A stretch of 64,000 bases of DNA from Eledone cirrhosa (lineage: Eukaryota): the NCBI GenBank assembly GCA_964016885.1, contig OZ024747.1, positions 29,698,001 to 29,762,000 of the forward strand, read 5' to 3'. The translations under genes were made by a program, and so were the position numbers. Below the pieces are notes generated by a model that was not told the origin of the DNA, ran no database searches, and was given only the letters and a program-made list of their open reading frames with translations. This document shows, piece by piece, positions 61,901-64,000 of this stretch (positions are counted from its first letter, which is position 1; every line of letters begins with the position of its first letter).

Positions 61901-64000
61901 GGTAATTTCTAGCCGTCCAAGGGGAGATAATTTCCAGCCGTCCAAGGGGAGATAATTTTTTTAAAAAAATCAGGCGGAGATAATTTGTAAACAAAAATCA
62001 GGGGGAGATAATTTGTAAAAAAAAATCAGGGGGAGATAATTTGTAAAAAAAAATCAGGGGGAGATAATTTGTAAAAAAAATCAGGGGTAGATAATTTCCA
62101 GCCGTCCAAGGGGAGATAATTTCCATCCTTCCAAGGGGAGATAATTTCCAGCCGTCCAAGGGGAGATAATTTCCCGCCAGCCAAGGAGAGATAATATTTA
62201 AAAAAATCAGGCGGAGATAATTTGTAAAAAAAATCAGGGGGAGATAATTTGTAAAAAAATCAGGGGGAGATAATTTGTAAAAAAAAATCAGGGGGAGATA
62301 ATTTGTAAAAAAAAATCAGGGGGAGATAATTTGTAAAAAAAAATCAGGGGGAGATAATTTGTAAAAAAAATCAAGGGGAGATAATTTCCAGCCGTCCAAG
62401 GGGAGATAATTTTCAGCCGTCCAAGGAGAGGTAAATTCTAGCCGTCCAAGGGGAGATAATTTCCAGCCGTCCAAGGGGAGATAATTTTTAAAAAAAAATC
62501 AGGCGGAGATAATTTGTAAACAAAAATCAGGGGGAGATAATTTTTAGAAAAAAATCAGGGGGAGATAATTTGTAAAAAAAAATCAGGGGGAGATAATTTG
62601 TAAAAAAATCAAGGGGAGATAATTTCCAGCCGTCCAAGGGGAGGTAATATCTAGCCATCCAAGGGGAGATAATTTCCAGCCGTCCAAGGGGAGATAATTT
62701 CCAGCCGTCCAAGGGGAGATAATATCCAGCCGTCCAAGGAGACATATTTTCCAGCCGTCCAAGGAGAGGTAATTTCTAGCCGTCCAAGGGGAGATAAGTT
62801 CCAGCCTCCAAGGGGAGATAATTTCCAGCCAGCCAAGGGGAGATAATTTCTAAAAAAATCAGGGGGGAGATAATTTGTAAAAAAAATCAGGGGGAGATAA
62901 TTTGAAAAAACATCAGGGGGAGATAATTTGTAAAAAATATCAAGGGGAGATAATTTCCAGCCCTCCAAGGGGCTATAATTTCCAGCCGTGCAAGGGGAGA
63001 TAATTTCCAGCCGTCCAAGGGGAGATAATTTCCATCCTTCCAAGGGGAGATAATTTCCAGCCGTCCAAGGGGAGATAATTTCCCGCCAGCCAAGGGAAGA
63101 TAATTTTTTAAAAAATCAGGCGGAGATTGTAAAAAAAATCAGGGGGAGATAATTTGTAAAAAAATCAGGGGGAGATAATTTGTAAAAAAAAAATCAGGGG
63201 GAGATAATTTGTAAAAAAAAATCAGGGGGAGATAATTTGTAAAAAAAATCAGGGGGAGATAATTTGTAAAAAAAATCAGGGGTAGATAATTTGTAAAAAA
63301 AATCAGGGGGAGATAATTTGTAAAAAAAATCAGGGGGAGATAATTTGTAAAATAAATCAGGGGTAGATAATTTTCAGCCGTCCAAGGGGAGATAATTTCC
63401 ATCCTTCCAAGGGGAGATAATTTCCAGCCGTCCAAGGGGAGATAATTTCCCGCCAGCCAAGGAGAGATAACATTTAAAAAAATCAGGCGGAGATAATTTG
63501 TAAAAAAATCAGGGGGAGATAATTTGTAAAAAAAATCAGGGGTAGATAATTTTCAGCCGTCCAAGGGGAGATAATTTCCATCCTTCCAAGGGGAGATAAT
63601 TTCCAGCCGTCCAAGGGGAGATAATTTCCCGCCAGCCAAGGAGAGATAACATTTAAAAAAATCAGGGGGAGATAATTTGTAAAAAAAAATCAGGGGGAGA
63701 TAATTCGTAAAAAAAAATCAGGGGGAGATAATTTGTAAAAAAAAATCAGGGGTAGATAATTTGTAAAAAAAAATCAGGGGGAGATAATTTGTAAAAAAAA
63801 AATCAGGGGGAGATAATTTGTAAAAAAATCAAGGGGAGATAATTTCCAGCCGTCCAAGGGGAGATAATTTTCAGCCGTCCAAGGAGAGGTAATTTCTAGC
63901 CGTCCAAGGGGAGATAATTTCCAGCCGTCCAAGGGGAGATAATTTTTTAAAAAAAATCAGGCGGAGATAATTTGTAAACAGAAATCAGGGGGAGATAATT
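58858..64000. repeat. Satellite family A block 4, truncated by window end; copy of 23347-~28490
   Basis: Equivalent positions are offset by 35511 bp (23366/58877, 27628/63139) and share rare variants (CCGTACAAGG, GTAAAATAAATC, ATAATTCGTAA, GTAAACAGAAATC). Confidence 0.96.

Noticed and set aside
3505-63435. Many short minus-strand ORFs (e.g. MAGGKLSPLGRLEIISPW, FFTNYLPLI repeats)
   Set aside because: They are translations of the 25/27-bp units from alternative start codons. Their length depends only on A-run phase and they show no recognisable domain.
1-64000. Assignment to a named satellite, organism, viral origin (hr-like) or mitochondrial control region
   Set aside because: I do not recognise either monomer and there is no unique flanking sequence. 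A BLASTn/Dfam/Repbase search of the consensus units would be needed.

Overview
The whole 64 kb window is short-unit satellite DNA. I find no credible protein-coding gene, RNA gene, CRISPR array or transposase. Two families alternate. Family A (about 41 kb, A/G-rich on +) has the core GGGGAGATAATTT plus one of two tails, giving a ~27-bp unit (..GTAAAAAAAATCAG) or a 25-bp unit (..CCAGCCGTCCAA), arranged in stereotyped cassettes that form a ~1.2-kb higher-order repeat (HOR). Family B (three blocks of about 2.8, 11.1 and 9.3 kb, G/T-rich on +) has the core CCGTTTTTT(T)AT plus either TTGGGT(G/A)CC or a variable poly-G tail (~20-bp units). All three B blocks sit at the same position of the A HOR with base-identical junctions. 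Two 'empty' copies of that site (about 28.78 and 34.60 kb) show that B replaced ~197-198 bp of A and ends in a 16-bp inverted copy of A sequence. This reads as one insertion event later amplified by multi-kb duplications. All ORFs in the track are repeat artefacts. The organism and function (centromeric, subtelomeric, organellar or viral repeat) cannot be determined from the sequence alone.
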